From NCBI RefSeq assembly GCF_006345805.1, contig NC_042999.1, positions 123,690,001 to 123,754,000 on the forward strand: DNA of 64,000 nt, read 5' to 3'. This stretch comes from Octopus sinensis. Its lineage: Eukaryota. Of the stretch, positions 26,281-40,353 are shown piece by piece (within the stretch, counting starts at the first letter, position 1; each line of letters begins with the position of its first letter). Below the pieces are notes generated by a model. That model had not been told where the DNA came from. It saw nothing but the letters and a program-made list of their open reading frames with translations, and did not search any database. The position numbers were made by a program, and so were the translations under genes.

Positions 26281-28074
26281 GTTGAAATTTATAGAAAAAC
26301 AAAAGATGAAGACAGGTGTATGAACAACAAGCAAATGTATTAGTTTGATGCTCGGGAAAATAAAAAAGTATTTTATGTTTCAGGCCTATGCTCTTCAAAA
26401 GAAAGAAATAAGAGAAAAAAAACAGAGAGGGAATGAAAAAATATTGCAGATTTCAACAGTTCAATATATATATATCATTGTTGTCGTTGTTTAACATCTG
26501 CTTTCCATGTATATATATATATATATTGAGAGAGAGAGGGGGGGAGAGAATATGAGGAGTTTACATCAGAATGACAAACTATAGCTATGCATTCTGAGTG
26601 CTCGAATAGGTGTGCCACAAAAATTCCACTTAGAACAGTGATTCAAGTTGTGGTTGAGTGATTGTCCTGTTCAAAAGCTGCTAATGGTGGCTTCCCTCTG
26701 AGTCAGTAGGTATCGGTTAAAGTAGTGAGGAAATGCAAACAATTAGGCAATGCAGGGCAAGGGCATTTAATTTCACTTCATTCAATCTAAAATTTTAGCT
26801 ACATCGGACGTTAAACGATGATGATGATGATGATGATGATAATGAATGGAAAGAATAGTACAGACTGGAAAAGATAGTCTCTGACAGCTGTTTCTGGATT
26901 ATCCCAGCTATTGGAGATTGTATAAAGCAAAGACTCTATAAGATGGGTATTCTGTCAAAGGAGAAATATAAGTTAGACAGTGGAAGAATGTTCCTCATCA
27001 ATGATATTCAATATGTTTCATTATATCCAGAAGGGAGGAGGGGTTCAATTAAATCCAGTTGGGTTGGGTCTTCTTTAGGTAAATCCATGATCTAAAAGAG
27101 TGGTTTAAGTGGTACAGCAAGGTAAGAAGAGGGAAAGAATTGTTATGCAGTACTCTGTATTAAGGGGAAAATGAAATTGAATGCTAGCAGATCTAGGATT
27201 GTACATGGAATAAAGATACATTCTGGTAAGAACAAAGATAAGGTAAGAGATATATATTGGATATATATTTTTCAGTATATTGAAGGGTTCATTCCAGAGG
27301 GAGTATGAATGCTTGCAGTTCCAAAGTTGTGTGAATAATGAGAGGAGGAATGAATAATATATTCTGGTGTGTGAGAAAGAATAAAGAAAGATAAGTAAAA
27401 GCATTGTATTAGATATATAATGCAGAGTATATCAGAGGGTATTCAGTCTTGAGATAAGGGAGAGGAATAAATAATACATTTTAGTATGAGAAAGATAGGT
27501 AGATAAATAGATAAGGATACTGTGGTAGATATACACTAAGCAAGATAATGTGGGGTGTTATTGTTTTGAGAAATTAGGGGGAAAGAATGGACAAAGGCTA
27601 GAAAATTGGCATTCTCATCCAAAGACGTTGGGTGGGGGTGGTGGTGTAAAGACTGACAGATAAGGGAGAGAATAAACAGGGCAGATGCCAGACTAACAGG
27701 GCTGGGTATCAAAGAGAGGTTGTAGATAATAAAATGGCCGTAAGAAAGATAAACAAGTGGAGATGTGGTTGATAAATAGCTAAAAAAATAAAAATAACAA
27801 ATAATTGAATTAAAGTTAAAATAAAGTTAACACTTAAAATTAAACATTAAAATTTAGTGTCTATAGCACTAATGGATAAACTATGGGCCTATGGAGTCTA
27901 TGTATATACAGAGTAAACTACCCTAAACCCTAGCATGCCCTCAAATAGTACAGCATCCAATCCACATGCAGCGAGCTTTGGTGTACTAGATAGATTTAGT
28001 TACAACTGTATATCTAAGAATAAATGTCTGTTGCAAATCCATTGCAGAAAGTTTAACGTTTTTTACAAACACAT

Positions 28075-28240
28075 GTTTCCTAACACACTTCACAATTCTA
28101 CTAGGTACTATATAGGATCCACAATTAGTTTCAAACATAGATATTTGGCCGATTTAAATTCATTTAAGTATGAAGAGCACAGCAAGTCTACCTCTCTTGC
28201 TGGCCATGTGCATTATCTTGAGGAAGAAAATTCCCTATAT
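28075..28240 (+). mobile_element. Penelope-like element GIY-YIG endonuclease remnant
   Basis: YYIGSTISFKHRYLADLNSFKYEEHSKSTSLAGHV fits the PLE pattern YIG.T...FK.RY..H..SF.......ST.L..H. Confidence 0.65.
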
Positions 28241-28849
28241 TTCTTAGATAGGCTTTGGTTTCAGTTGGCTCTGATCATGACTAACTTCACAGCACCATCT
28301 GAAAAAGACAATTAATGATGTTTCCTATTACAGTTGTTCTTTGGGTACCATAGCCCATTTGAGTAAAGAGTTATTGCTTGAAGAGATATATCCAGGTGTA
28401 AGTGGTTTATCTACAATTCGTTGGAGATATTCATCCAGGAACTATCTGAATGTCATGAGATCTTTTTCTTCTCTTATGTGTCTTAGCATGATGATAAAGA
28501 GAGCAGAGCCACTGGAGGGGAAATAGTTCTGTCTTAGTATTGTGGTGTGCCACAAGTGTGATTTGTATACAGGATGGATGGTGTGGGGATCAAGCTTTGG
28601 GTGAATTTTAAATCTGATCCCATCATCATTTGGGCGATGCTGTTGGAATATTTTCCACATCATACAAATGATACAAAACTTAGTGGTGTTGGAGGGAATA
28701 GAATTTGTGATTCTTGAGTCAATCTGAATAATTAAGACCTGTCATGCATTGTATGTTTTTGTGATTAGTTTCTGGGATGCTTCAATTTTTATAATATTCT
28801 GTTTCATGTGGACAACAATGTTCAAAGTGAAAATGGGCAAAGATAGAGT

Positions 28850-29450
28850 AGGATAAATATTAGAGCTTCCCTAGACCAGAAAGTTTAAAGATCCAAGGTC
28901 TCTAGTGGTGTTTGATGCCATGAGGTTTTCACCCAAGGGAAGAGTATATGATAGCTTAAGTGCAGCTTCTTTACTGAAGTGGATTAATTCAAATTTATTC
29001 TCGTTTAGCTGCATATTGTGTTTTTCTGCTTATGGGATAACAACAAGCAGATCCTTCAGCAGATTTGTCAAGTCTCCTACCTTGTTGATGACCTTCAGAA
29101 GTTTAGTCATCCACGAAAATTCTAATACGGCTTTGTCTGATAACATCAGTGATATCATTAAAGTAAATAATGAAAAAGAACAAGCCCAATGCAGTGCCTT
29201 GTGGGACGCCACTAATGACTTTTGTTAAGTTTGATCAAACACCATCGATCACCACATATTGGGTTCTGCTCACCAGAAAACATTTAGTCCACTTTGATAG
29301 TTTCCCTTGAACTCCAGCGTTGGATAGTTTCTTTAAGAGGATGCTGTGGTCAGCCTTGTTTAAGGCCTTGCTTAAGTCAAGATATATGACACCTGCATTG
29401 GAGCCACTTCTCAAAGCTTTTAGGATGTCGTCAAAGTGATGCAAGAGATG
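28850..29450 (-). mobile_element. CR1/L2/Jockey-type RT fragment
   Basis: IYLDLSKALNKADHSILLKKLSNAGVQGKLSKWTKCFLVSRTQYVVIDG; GVPQGTALG on the minus strand at ~29200. Confidence 0.75.
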
Positions 29451-29936
29451 TATATGTGTATGTGTATATTATCATCTTTATACACATCCTCCTCCTCCTC
29501 ATCATCATTTTAATGTCCACTTTTTCCTGATGTGTGTGTCTGTGTGTGATATGTCAGGTTACTCTTAGTGCAACTGGTATCATGTAGCACAGTACAACTT
29601 GTACAAGCTATCAGCAACACCAAAAAACAGCAACCTTACCAAGCCTGCTTAGTAGTGAGAGTAGTTTTTATTGGACACCCCACAGGATGTCAATGGGGAC
29701 ATGAATCCAGTAAAGTCAATAGCTATCCAATAGTTGGGAGTGAGAGATCTCCCTAGTCTTTGTTCAGACATTTCTCTGAGAGAAGGAAAACTTTGATGTA
29801 TCCCTTGTGACTTTATTCACATCCAATGACGTAGATTAGCTCATGCTTTTGGAAAAAAGTATATTTTGTTAAGAGAGTGGGATTGGTTCAGTGCATGAAC
29901 TACCCTTTAACCCTTCAACATTTAAACTAGTTATAT

Positions 29937-30262
29937 CAGTGGTTAGAACGTTGGGTTCACAATCATAAAGTAGTGAGTTCAATTCATGGACTAGGTTTTG
30001 TGTTGTGTTCTTGAGCAAGACACTTTATTTCATGTTGTTCCAATTCACTCAGCTGTAGAAATGAGTTGTGATGTCAAGCTGTATTGTTTCAAGCTGTAGT
30101 TGCCTTCACATTTCCCTTGGATAACATCAGTGGTATGGGAAGGAGAGACTGGTATGCATAGGTGATTGGTGGTCTTCCATAAGCAAACTTGCCCGGACAT
30201 GTACCTTGGAGGGGAACTTTCTAGATGCAGTCCCATGGTGATTCATGACTGAAGGAGGTCTT
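29937..30262 (+). mobile_element. tRNA-headed SINE (family F4)
   Basis: GTGGTTAGA...GAGTTCAATTC head, CTTGAGCAAGACAC core, shared tail ...CATGACTGAAGGAGGTC. Confidence 0.7.
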
Positions 30263-30966
30263 TATATTCTATATGTATTATGTTCAAATAAGGCAGATCT
30301 GGTCTCTCACACCTGCTCTACAACATTCAAAAACTAAACAATTACATCATTGAAATCTGAAAGCTACATGATAAGAAATAATTAATTTAAAACTATGTGA
30401 ATAAATAAGCATCATATTTGACAGATTAATCTGAATACTAAAAGGTTAAATAGCTTCAGACAATAGCATTGCTTGATTTATTTTTGCATTTCTGTTATGT
30501 GTTGCATAAGTCATAGGTGAACAAAACAAAACACTTCATAAAAATTTCCCTGATAGAATGAAGGCATGTGTCAGTATAGGTGGTAACTCTCTGGACACCT
30601 ACTGTAAGTGGTGCCCATCATTTCCACATCTACGCAAAAGAAATCTGTAGTTCTCAGCAAGAGAACAATCAAGCAATGCTCAATATTGAAAGGCAGCCAT
30701 CATATATACAATAAATGTTTGTGTGTGTGTGTGCGCATGTGTGTGTGTGCATGTGTGTGTGTGCGTGTGTCTGTGCACATGCGAAGTTGTGCATTCAGAT
30801 CTCAGGCTGGTCGGTTCCCTGATAACATGAAACAAGATCAAAATGAGTTTTAATATGTTGCAGTGCAAGTATATCATCCCAATACATGCAAGCGTAGAAA
30901 AAAACAGATATACAGATATTAGAATAAGAATGACTATATATATATATATATATATGTATGTAAGAA

Positions 30967-31026
<60 letters not shown>

Positions 31027-32309
31027 ATATACATATTTATACATGAATATGTGTTTATATATGTGTGTGTGTTTATGCATGTATGTATGTATATGAAATT
31101 ACTGATATTTTCAGTGATCTCACATAAAAGAAAATATTCATTGATCTATTGAGTAAATTTCCCAAGAAAATATTATTAGTGCAGTACAGTCAGTGTCAGT
31201 GCAAACAGTTTAGTGATCTGCAACCAAATATCTTTCATACAGTCATACATGAAAGTAAAATGTATTTAATTCTATCTTGATTTTGAAACGACATATACTC
31301 TGACAGACACATATATACCTTTGGAAATCATATGTAACTATATATAATCATGAAAAGCTACTTATGAATGTGAATAGAAATCAACATGAGAAGTCAATTC
31401 TAAAGTGATAAGATGCTTTCAAATATTTAATTTTTGCATTCCACAAGTTGATTTCCAGAGGTCACAAATGTTTGGAGATAACAAAACCAAGACAATATTA
31501 TGGTTAAGAAATGAGATAGAAATAAGTAAAATTTTGTTCCTAATTTTATTATTTTATTATTTCTTGAACAGCTGTCCTCAAGTTTTTTTCCTCAATGTAA
31601 TTTTACACTGTGAAAATATTTGTAATCTTCAATGTGTTATCCAAAAGTTATCACAGGTATTCTTCATGAAAGTTAATAAAATTCTTTCTAATCTTATATC
31701 ATCTCTCAGCTCACTGGTCACAAGAACGATATCTATGATTAATAACATATTGGATCTCATCAGAAAAAAAAAATCTATCATGTCCAGAAAATATAAGTTA
31801 TTTACTTTATTCCAATAAGATTTTCTTTGGGCTGAAATAGGATTTGGACTGTCAGATGATTGAAGGACTGTAAATACAGACCATACAAAATGAAACTGTA
31901 GTTATAAATATTATCAGTAGATACGAGACAAAAACTAAAGTTAGCTAAGTATTGATATGTTAAATTTTAGGCCAAGAACATGTCTAGTAATTATTATATT
32001 ACCACACTAACTTGTGACCAAGAAATTCTGCTACATTTTTGTTCTTAATATAAATGTTTGCATAAACAATTCTTTGAAACATTTTCTTTAATAATTAGTC
32101 TGAGAAGGATTAAAAGACACCCATGATCTTTGTAGTCACTTTCTCAGACTGGAGAGACCAGTGCATGAGACATGCAACTCCTGCAGGAAATATATGAGTG
32201 ACTGCAGAAATGAGAGAAAAAATATGAGCCACATCAGAGACGATGAGAGGTGGAGAAACAAATGTGGTCTGGTGTAGGGATGATATGTAGCTTTCTAGTT
32301 AAAAATTCA

Positions 32310-33670
32310 TATTATTGTAGTAGAGGTAGAAGCTGAGAGAAGAAACAGTGCATCCATAATCCAGAATTTGCAGTGTGTTGGAAAATACATTGCATGGCTT
32401 TCTTGTAAATGCAGCCTAAATTATTTGAGAGTGAAAAAGCAGTACCATCTAAGATGTATGAGTAGTACTCTAATGTGGGTTGTAGTTGTGTTTTGTAGGA
32501 AGTTAACAACTGATCAGGGCTCAAGTATTTTCTGCTCCTGAAGCAGAAACCTAGTCATTGGTATGCAGTTTTGGTAATGCCACATAAATTGGATTCCTAT
32601 GAAAGGTTGTCAGAAATTCTGAGACAAAGTATTTGTAGCAAGCTGGAAATATTTTGTGGAATTTATTTGTGCACCAAGTCATTGCAATGAAGGTTGTCTT
32701 CTTGATATGTATTGCAAGCGAATCTGATTATTTTTTCTACTGACAACTTTTCCAAAATATTTGTAGATTGAAGGAAAATATATTTCAATTGATATGTCTA
32801 AGTAGAGTGTGGATAAGAATCATGTGTAGAAATGTGTAAACCAGTTCACTGTCCCATCATCTATGTTTCTATAAAGGCAAAGCAACCAGTCTTTTCACAA
32901 GTATGCATATTTTCTTTTTCTATGGAGCTTCAGATATTTTCTTTACAGAATTTTAAATAATAATGCTTTTATTTTTGTGTTCCAAGAAAATATTTCTTTC
33001 TTTGTTAGTGATAAAGTAATATTAAATTTTGCCTTCAAAGAGTAAAAGGTTTGTATCACCTGTGTGTGAGGTTAAAAATTACATGTAAATAATAAATGTG
33101 TAGAAGGAACATTGTAGGGGAAAATTAAGTCTTGTGGTACATCAGAGTTGATAGCATATGTTGTCAATGAATGCCGTAATCGAGCACTGACTGAATCCAT
33201 GAGGTTGATTTGGGGACAAGAAGTGGCAACTTAACTTTGGTCAGTCAGAGTCTTTGCTGACACCAATGGCACAACAATTCTTTCATCATAGTTCTCAAAA
33301 GCAAGAGATTACTGGAATGTGACAAAGTATAACAATATTTTTGAGAGATTTTCTTTGTGGAAACTATGCTGATAGCCACTGAGAAGAAAGAGACAGGTTC
33401 AAGATAATGAATAAGTTACTTACAACTAAGCCCATCACCTTTAAGATATTGGAAATGAGAGTGAAGGGCAATAATTGGTAGGGATGAGAAAATGTTTTTT
33501 CAAAGGGAATGGAACATTGTTGTGTGTTTCCATAGATTGGGATCCGTGTAGAGAAAGAAAGGTTGGGTACTTTACTGAAAATAGGGGATAGCAGTGGAGC
33601 ACACTGTTTGAGGGTAAAGAAAAACCAAAATAAAGAACAACCTGGTAATCGCTTTCCAAATGTCAATTAT
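32310..33670 (-). mobile_element. Very decayed CR1/Jockey-like LINE remnant
   Basis: LLTSYKTQLQPTLEYYS resembles LL.LYK..IRP.LEY.S; PYQLLPFTLISNILKVM resembles NYRPI.L.S.ISKVM. Confidence 0.4.
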
Positions 33671-34984
33671 TTAAAATTAGGATTGATTTTTAATTGAATA
33701 AGATTGTTTCATCAAAAAGGAATGAATCTTTTTTTTAATGTTGCTTCTGTGCATTATTACATAAATAGAAATCCCCATGTATTCTAATGGTTGTATCCAG
33801 GAAGAAAAATTAAATAAACAATTCTGTAGAGACAGAAATGATATTAACAAGGGGAAAATGCTAAAAATACATCATCTGGAAACAATCAGAGTACTGCAAA
33901 ATGAGAGGGGGAAGAAAAAATAAGTGAAAATGTGAAAGCAAGAACAGTGAAGAGGAAAAAATAAATGGTAATGATTGCTTGTAATTTGGCAATTACTTTT
34001 AAGGTTGGGTTGTGTAGTTGTTCATTTTCTATAATAACATTAAGTTAAATGCTTTTATTATTCCTTTGTATTATTTGAATTTTTTTATTTAACTAGGAAA
34101 AGAAAGAATTAAAAATTTTAGGGGATTATGAAGAATAGAAACCAAAATTATCAATAACCTTTCCTAGCAATAAAATTTTTTTAATATGTTAAATATTATT
34201 CAATGTTAGAGCGACATAGAGAAGATTTTCAATGGTTATTGTTGTCACTTAACCCCAGGTAAATCTTGATTAAGAAGAACTATGATCAAAGGCATTCCAT
34301 GTTATTGTCTTATCTTGTTTCCTTCTTTTCTTAAGACAGTAAAGTGTTATCTGATGAAAATTTGGTGTTTATTCTAACAGATTGAGCATCCATCACTAAT
34401 ACCCTTGCTGGCCTACATTACAAAGAGATTTTAAAACTGAATCAAAATTAAAGGGGAATTTGTTTTATCTCTCATAAATAACTTTAATCAGGATAAAAAT
34501 CTATGCAAACTAATGTTTTCAATGCAAAACCAATGAAGTAACATGAAAAAATAGTTTGAAATTTGTCTTTTCCATAACAAAATAACTTATTTCACTATGT
34601 GAATTTTTCTATTGACATTTAGTAAAACAGACTATCATTAATTTATCTGAATTTTACTGTTTCAACTAGTCAAAGGCATGATGTTGTCATTTAAAAGTTC
34701 ACTTTATAACCACATTGATCCAGGTTCAATCCCACTGTACAGCAACTGGGCATGTGCCTTTTGCCATAACCTTCAGTTAACCCTGTGAAAGGAAATTTAG
34801 TAGACAAAATCTGTGCAGAAGCTCATCACTTATGTTCATAATTTTTACAGCCATTCCTTGGACACACCTGTTGAGGTAAGCGAAGTTGAAATCAAACCTC
34901 ATCCAACGACAGGCACCCATGCCAACCTCCCTTCATTGGACACTAAACTCTGCTTGCGAAGACCTGTTGGGGCAAGTGAAATCG

Positions 34985-35463
34985 GAATCGAAATTGAACC
35001 AATCCTATGACTGGCACCCGGCAGTTGCCAGGGCCACTGGACTGACTCCTGTGCAGGTGGCAAGTGAAGAAACACCATTTCGACCCTGTGCTTGAGGAGA
35101 CCCATTGAGTCAAGTACACCAACATCAAAAATCAATGGAAACTGCCATTGTGATCCCTGTGCTGGTGGCACGTAAAAAGCACCATCCGAACGTGGCCGAT
35201 GCCAGCGCCGCCCAGACTGGCTTCTGTGCCAGTGGCACGTAAAAAGCACCAATCCGATCATGGCTGTTGCCAGCCTCGCCTGGCACGTAAAAAGCACCCA
35301 CTACACTCAAGGAGTGGTTGGTGTTAGGAAGGGCATCCAGCTGTAGAAACACTGCCAGATCAGACTGGAGCCTGGTGCAGCCTTCTGGCTTCCCAGATCC
35401 CCGGTCGAACCGTCCAACCCATGCTAGCATGGAGAACGGACGTTAAACGATGATGATGATGAT
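34985..35463 (+). mobile_element. F1 copy, best preserved
   Basis: Three GGCACGTAAAAAGCACC modules; CpG-intact tail GGACGTTAAACGATGATG. Confidence 0.8.
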
Positions 35464-35661
35464 TTCTTTCATGCTAGCATGGCTTGGATTTATGTTTCAA
35501 TGTGATGTCTTACCACATATCATCTCCTTGATAAGGTTCAGCATCTAAGACATTCGCTATTCCTTCTATCATAACCCTGGTCTGATCAAAGTCTTGTGAG
35601 TAGATTTAGTACATGGAAACTCTAATAAGCTCATCATATATGCATGTTTCTTATTTCTTTT

Positions 35662-35880
35662 ACTGCCCCCAAGGGGCTACACATAGAGGGGACAAACAAG
35701 GACAGACAAATGGATTAAGTCGATTATATCGACCCCAGTGCATAACTGGTACTTATTTAATCAACCCTGAAAGGATGAAAGGCAAAGTTGACTTCGACGG
35801 AATTTGAACTCAGAACATAGCGACAGACGAAATACCGCTAAGTATTTCACCTGGCGTGCTAACGCTTCTGCCAGCTCACC
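35662..35880 (-). mobile_element. SINE family F2 copy
   Basis: Well-preserved reverse copy. Confidence 0.7.
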
Positions 35881-36565
35881 ACCTTATATGCATGTGTGTG
35901 TATGTTTGTATGCAGGTGTGTATATGTGTGCATGTTTGCATGTATGTGTTCATGTGTGCATTAGTGAGAGCATATGTATGTATATGTAAATGAATTTCCT
36001 TTCCATGACAGCATGCTATAGTTGTTAACAAGTTCATCATTATATAAGCAGTGCTCCTCATTTTCCATTTGTGAAAACATGTCCCACTGGGATATGATGT
36101 GTTGTGTCATGGGTAATGCACATATTGAGCATTTAGGAAGCTTTGTGAAATCAGTTGTAAAATCTACATCACTCTGAATCTCTTGTTTGAATTTTGATAA
36201 ATAAATCTTTTATTGTTCAACATAAAGCCTATTTAATTTTGTTTACCTCGGACATGTAGTTTCTCAGAAATTCACTTTTCAAATGATGCCAATTTTGGGG
36301 AGACACCCTGCATTACTTTACTTGAAAACAGATGAGGATTAGCAACAGGGAAGGCATCTGGCCATAGAAAATCTTCCTCAATAAATTGTGTCTGACCCAT
36401 GCAACCATTGAAATGTAGATGTTAAAACAATGATGAAGATAATTCTGATAACCAGTGTTTTTAAAGTTGGGATGGTCATTGCTGGGATGCTTTTGATTCG
36501 AGGTTTCCTCAGTCAGGGATGACAATAATTACATCTATTACTACAAAATTAGCCGATTTAAGAAG

Positions 36566-36872
36566 GTGCAGTGGTTAGAGTATCGAGCTCACAATCATGA
36601 GATAGTAAGTTTGATTCCCAGACCATACTATGTGTTGTGTTCTTGAGCAAAACACTTTGTTTCATGTTGCTTTAGTTCACTGTGACATCACTAGTGCAAA
36701 GCTGTATTGGCATTTGCCTTTCCCTTGGATAACATTGGTGGTGTGGAGACAGAAGGCTGGTATGCATGGGCGACTGCTGGTCTTCAATAAACAACCTTGC
36801 ATGAACTTGTGCCTCTGAGGGCAATTTTCTAGGTACAATCCCATGGTCGTTCATGACTGAAGGAGGTCTTTA
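36566..36872 (+). mobile_element. tRNA-headed SINE (family F4)
   Basis: Colinear with 29937-30262. Confidence 0.7.
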
Positions 36873-38330
36873 CCCTAAGAAGGTTTCAAACTAATTTAAT
36901 CAAGGTAGTAAACAAGTTATATTTGTCAGTAACATTATTGCTTCTAAGGTATGAATGAGTGAAAGAGAACCTGGCAATTACTGCTTTATTTAATAACACA
37001 AGATTGAACATTGAAAAAGTGTGAGGAAAATCTTTGCAAGCTGCAAACAAAGTGATGTCAAACCATTGATATTAACCAAAAAGAATATAAATATACAAAT
37101 GAAATGGTATTGCTTTAGCAATGAAAATTAAAGATATGTATGTGAGCTGGAGAAAAAATTGATAGAGGAAACAGCAGTTAACGATACACTTTTACTAGTT
37201 CTATAAAGGAAAATCTATTTCAAAAATACTATTAAAAATTTAGAGATTTCCTATTAAAGCATAGTGAAATAACTTTTTGGTTCAATATAAATTTTTGTTT
37301 TTACCTGAAGCATAGTAAAGAAATATTTTCATTAAGCAATGAATTAGAAGCATTTTAAAAGATATATCATTAAATTTAAGCTTGGTGAAATATTTTTCTT
37401 TTATTGTACTTAATTCTGTGGAAACCAGAGTCATCCAGTCATGTGTATATTGAGCCAATATATTTTGTTTAGCTATAGTTTGTTTTTAGTTATAGCTTGT
37501 GTATTTTATTAAACGTTGTATGTGTGTACTTGTTAAATTGTTTGTGTGTTCAGTTATGTATTTAGTAAAGGCACCAAGTAGAAGAGAAAACAAAATATAA
37601 TTCAGCACCCACAAAATAAAACTCAACATATAAATATAACTGTGATTAAGTGCATTTCCTACAGAATTAAATTGAAACGATGGAAAAATTATTTCAATAA
37701 ATTACTTGTGTGTTTACAATGTTTTGTTTCAGTATTATTGTGTACTACAGAATACACTACTAAATATATCTATAAATTTTTAGTAAACATTCAATGTATA
37801 GGCACCTATAAACACCCTATTTGTACACATGATACTTTCATGAACAGAAAAAAAGGAGCAGCTGGACTAGTTTCAATTGTGTGTTGAAATTTCATCAGCA
37901 ACTGATATATGCAAATTGATCCATAAATTTACTTAAATCCTTAGTAACATGGGTTTCTTATAAACATTTCCATGGAAAGTTAAAGTGGGTACTTAGTCAC
38001 TGATCAAATCACTACATAGCATTAAAATTTATCTCTAACTGATATCTCTTTTTCTGCCCATAAAGATTTTGTATATGGACGCACAGTGTTTATACCTATC
38101 TACATACACAGTGTTGATGAAAATATCTATAGATATATTCTGTAGTACAGTTTAGCATAAAAATTATTGTATTTTACAGCAATAGGAACTTATCTAAAAA
38201 CTATTACTAGTGATGAAATTAGAGATGTCATAAGTTTTTTCTGTATATAATCGATTTGAATAAATAAAGATTTCTATGAACAAAATTAATATTTCATTTT
38301 TATTGATTAAACTCTATCATTAGCTATCTT

Positions 38331-38579
38331 ATCATCATCATCGTCCATTACCTATGGGTTGAACAAACTGTGATGGGTTAGACAGATTGCCCAGAGCTGG
38401 TAAGCTGGGGAGCTGCATCAGACTCCAGTCTGATTTGGCATGGTTTCTACAGCTGGATGCCCTTCCTGACTCCAACCACTTTATAGAGTGTTGTGGGGCG
38501 CTTTTACATGGCATCACACTGGCGTTTTTATGTGGTGCTGCATAGATGCTTTTACATGGAACATATAAAAGAATATATG

Positions 38580-38618
<39 letters not shown>

Positions 38619-38795
38619 GGCACATAAAATCACCCACTACACTCTCGGAATGGTTGATATTAGGAAGGGCATCCAGCTGTAGAAACTCTGCCAGATCAGA
38701 TTGGAGTCTGGTGCAGCCATCTGGTTTGCCAGACCTCAGTCAAATCATCCAAATCATGCTAGCATGGAAAGGGGACGTTAAACGATGATGATGAT
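38331..38795. repeat. Inverted (head-to-head) pair of F1 copies around a (CT)n(AT)n spacer
   Basis: 38331-38560 (-) and 38619-38795 (+). Confidence 0.7.
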
Positions 38796-38811
38796 GAGAT
38801 AGATAGATAAG

Positions 38812-38881
<70 letters not shown>

Positions 38882-38883
38882 TA
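38796..38883. repeat. (GATA)n microsatellite
   Basis: Direct reading; continues from the F1 (GAT)n tail. Confidence 0.95.
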
Positions 38884-39289
38884 GCCTGAATTTTATAGTG
38901 TTAATTATCCATCACGGCTGTTCATATCAATCTGTGTTGTGTGAAAATGTATAATGGAGTGTTAGGCAACAAACCAGTTATATAATACACACTTGTCAGA
39001 GAAAGCCAACATGGAAGGGGGAAATGGCAACCACCACATATGAACTGAACTCACTTTATCTCCAATGCTGTCCAAAGATTGGAAGTATGAAACTTGGATT
39101 AATGGCTAGTGAATTTTCAGCTTCCAATAACTGACACAAGTCACTATTTTGTTAGTGGGTAGGGCATTCAAAAGCTTTATAGCTACAGGGATTTTAATGA
39201 GAATGTTAAGGGTGGGAGAGAGAAAACAGCTAAGCAGTCTAGTTCATTATCGACCTATAAGGTAATGTCTGAGTTAACTATATATGTAT

Positions 39290-39435
39290 CTCCTTAAGTT
39301 CAAATTCTGCTGAGGTTGACTTTGCCTTTCATCCATTCAGGGTCGATAATTTAAGTACCAGTTGCTGGGGTCGATCTAATCGACTGCCCGCCCCTCTCCG
39401 GAAAATTTTGGGCCTTGTGCCTAGAGTAGAAAAGT
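39290..39435 (+). mobile_element. SINE family F2, 5'-truncated
   Basis: GACTTTGCCTTTCATCC...GGGCCTTGTGCCTAGAGTAGAAAAG. Confidence 0.65.
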
Positions 39436-39804
39436 ATATATGTATCTCCCTGTTATTCATTCTATTAGATTTTATTCTATTTTATGTCAACTTTATTTCA
39501 CTAGGATTTGAAATGGGAATGAAAATAAGATGAAACTAAGGGTACATATTAAAGAAAAATAACTTAAATAGTGGCTCAGGGTTATAACAGGGAGAGGATG
39601 GTGACAATAACGAGAATGGAAGATAATATTATGTAAATGGTATAGGTGAGGTTATATAAGTTATGAAAATATTGATATCAAATTACGAAATGAAATCAAG
39701 CAAATCTTTTATTTTTTTATGTTTCAGTCATTAGATTGTGGCCATGTTGGGGTACTAACTTGCAGAGTTTTAGTCAAACAAATTTGCTCCAGTACTTTAT
39801 TTCA

Positions 39805-40353
39805 TCTCTGTATATATAAAACTGAGAATGTGTGTCTGTCTGTCTGTCTGTCTGTATGTTTCCCTTAAACTTGAGAACTGCACAACCAATTTCATTCAAA
39901 TTTTATACATGCCTTACTTAGGGTCCATGTAGTTTCATCGGCAAAAAAAATGTTCAACTTCTTCCCTAGAGCGAGCCCATAGCAATATCATATCTTCTCC
40001 ACTATTTCAGTATTATGTGTTAAAAGTGAAACAAAAACATTTCTCTATTCTATGTCAGATACTTTCACTTTAACAATAAAAATAATAATAACAATTGAAT
40101 TATATGTAGTAAGTAATAATTAAAATCAAACTAAAGTATAATATAATTGTAACATAACAAAAGTAAAAATAGCAATTGGTATAAAATTGCATCAATGACT
40201 TGAACTTGAATAAGTGGTTTCACATGAATGGGAATAAATTAAAAATAAAATTAGCGTGCAGAAATGGAATAGTCCCGATGGATAATAAAAAATTAAATTA
40301 AAGAAAAGACTATTGTCTATAAAGTATACAATGTAGAGAAAAAAGATTTGAAC
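39805..40353 (+). mobile_element. Putative non-autonomous Helitron-like element, 5' part, abutting the array
   Basis: A|TCTCTGTATATATAAAACTGAGAATGTGTG(TCTG)n...AACTGCACAACCAATTTCATTCAAATTT resembles non-autonomous Helitron 5' ends. No 3' hairpin or CTRR seen before the array. Confidence 0.45.

Noticed and set aside
31405-31818. 137-aa + strand ORF
   Set aside because: GTG start, AT-rich low-information composition, no motifs.
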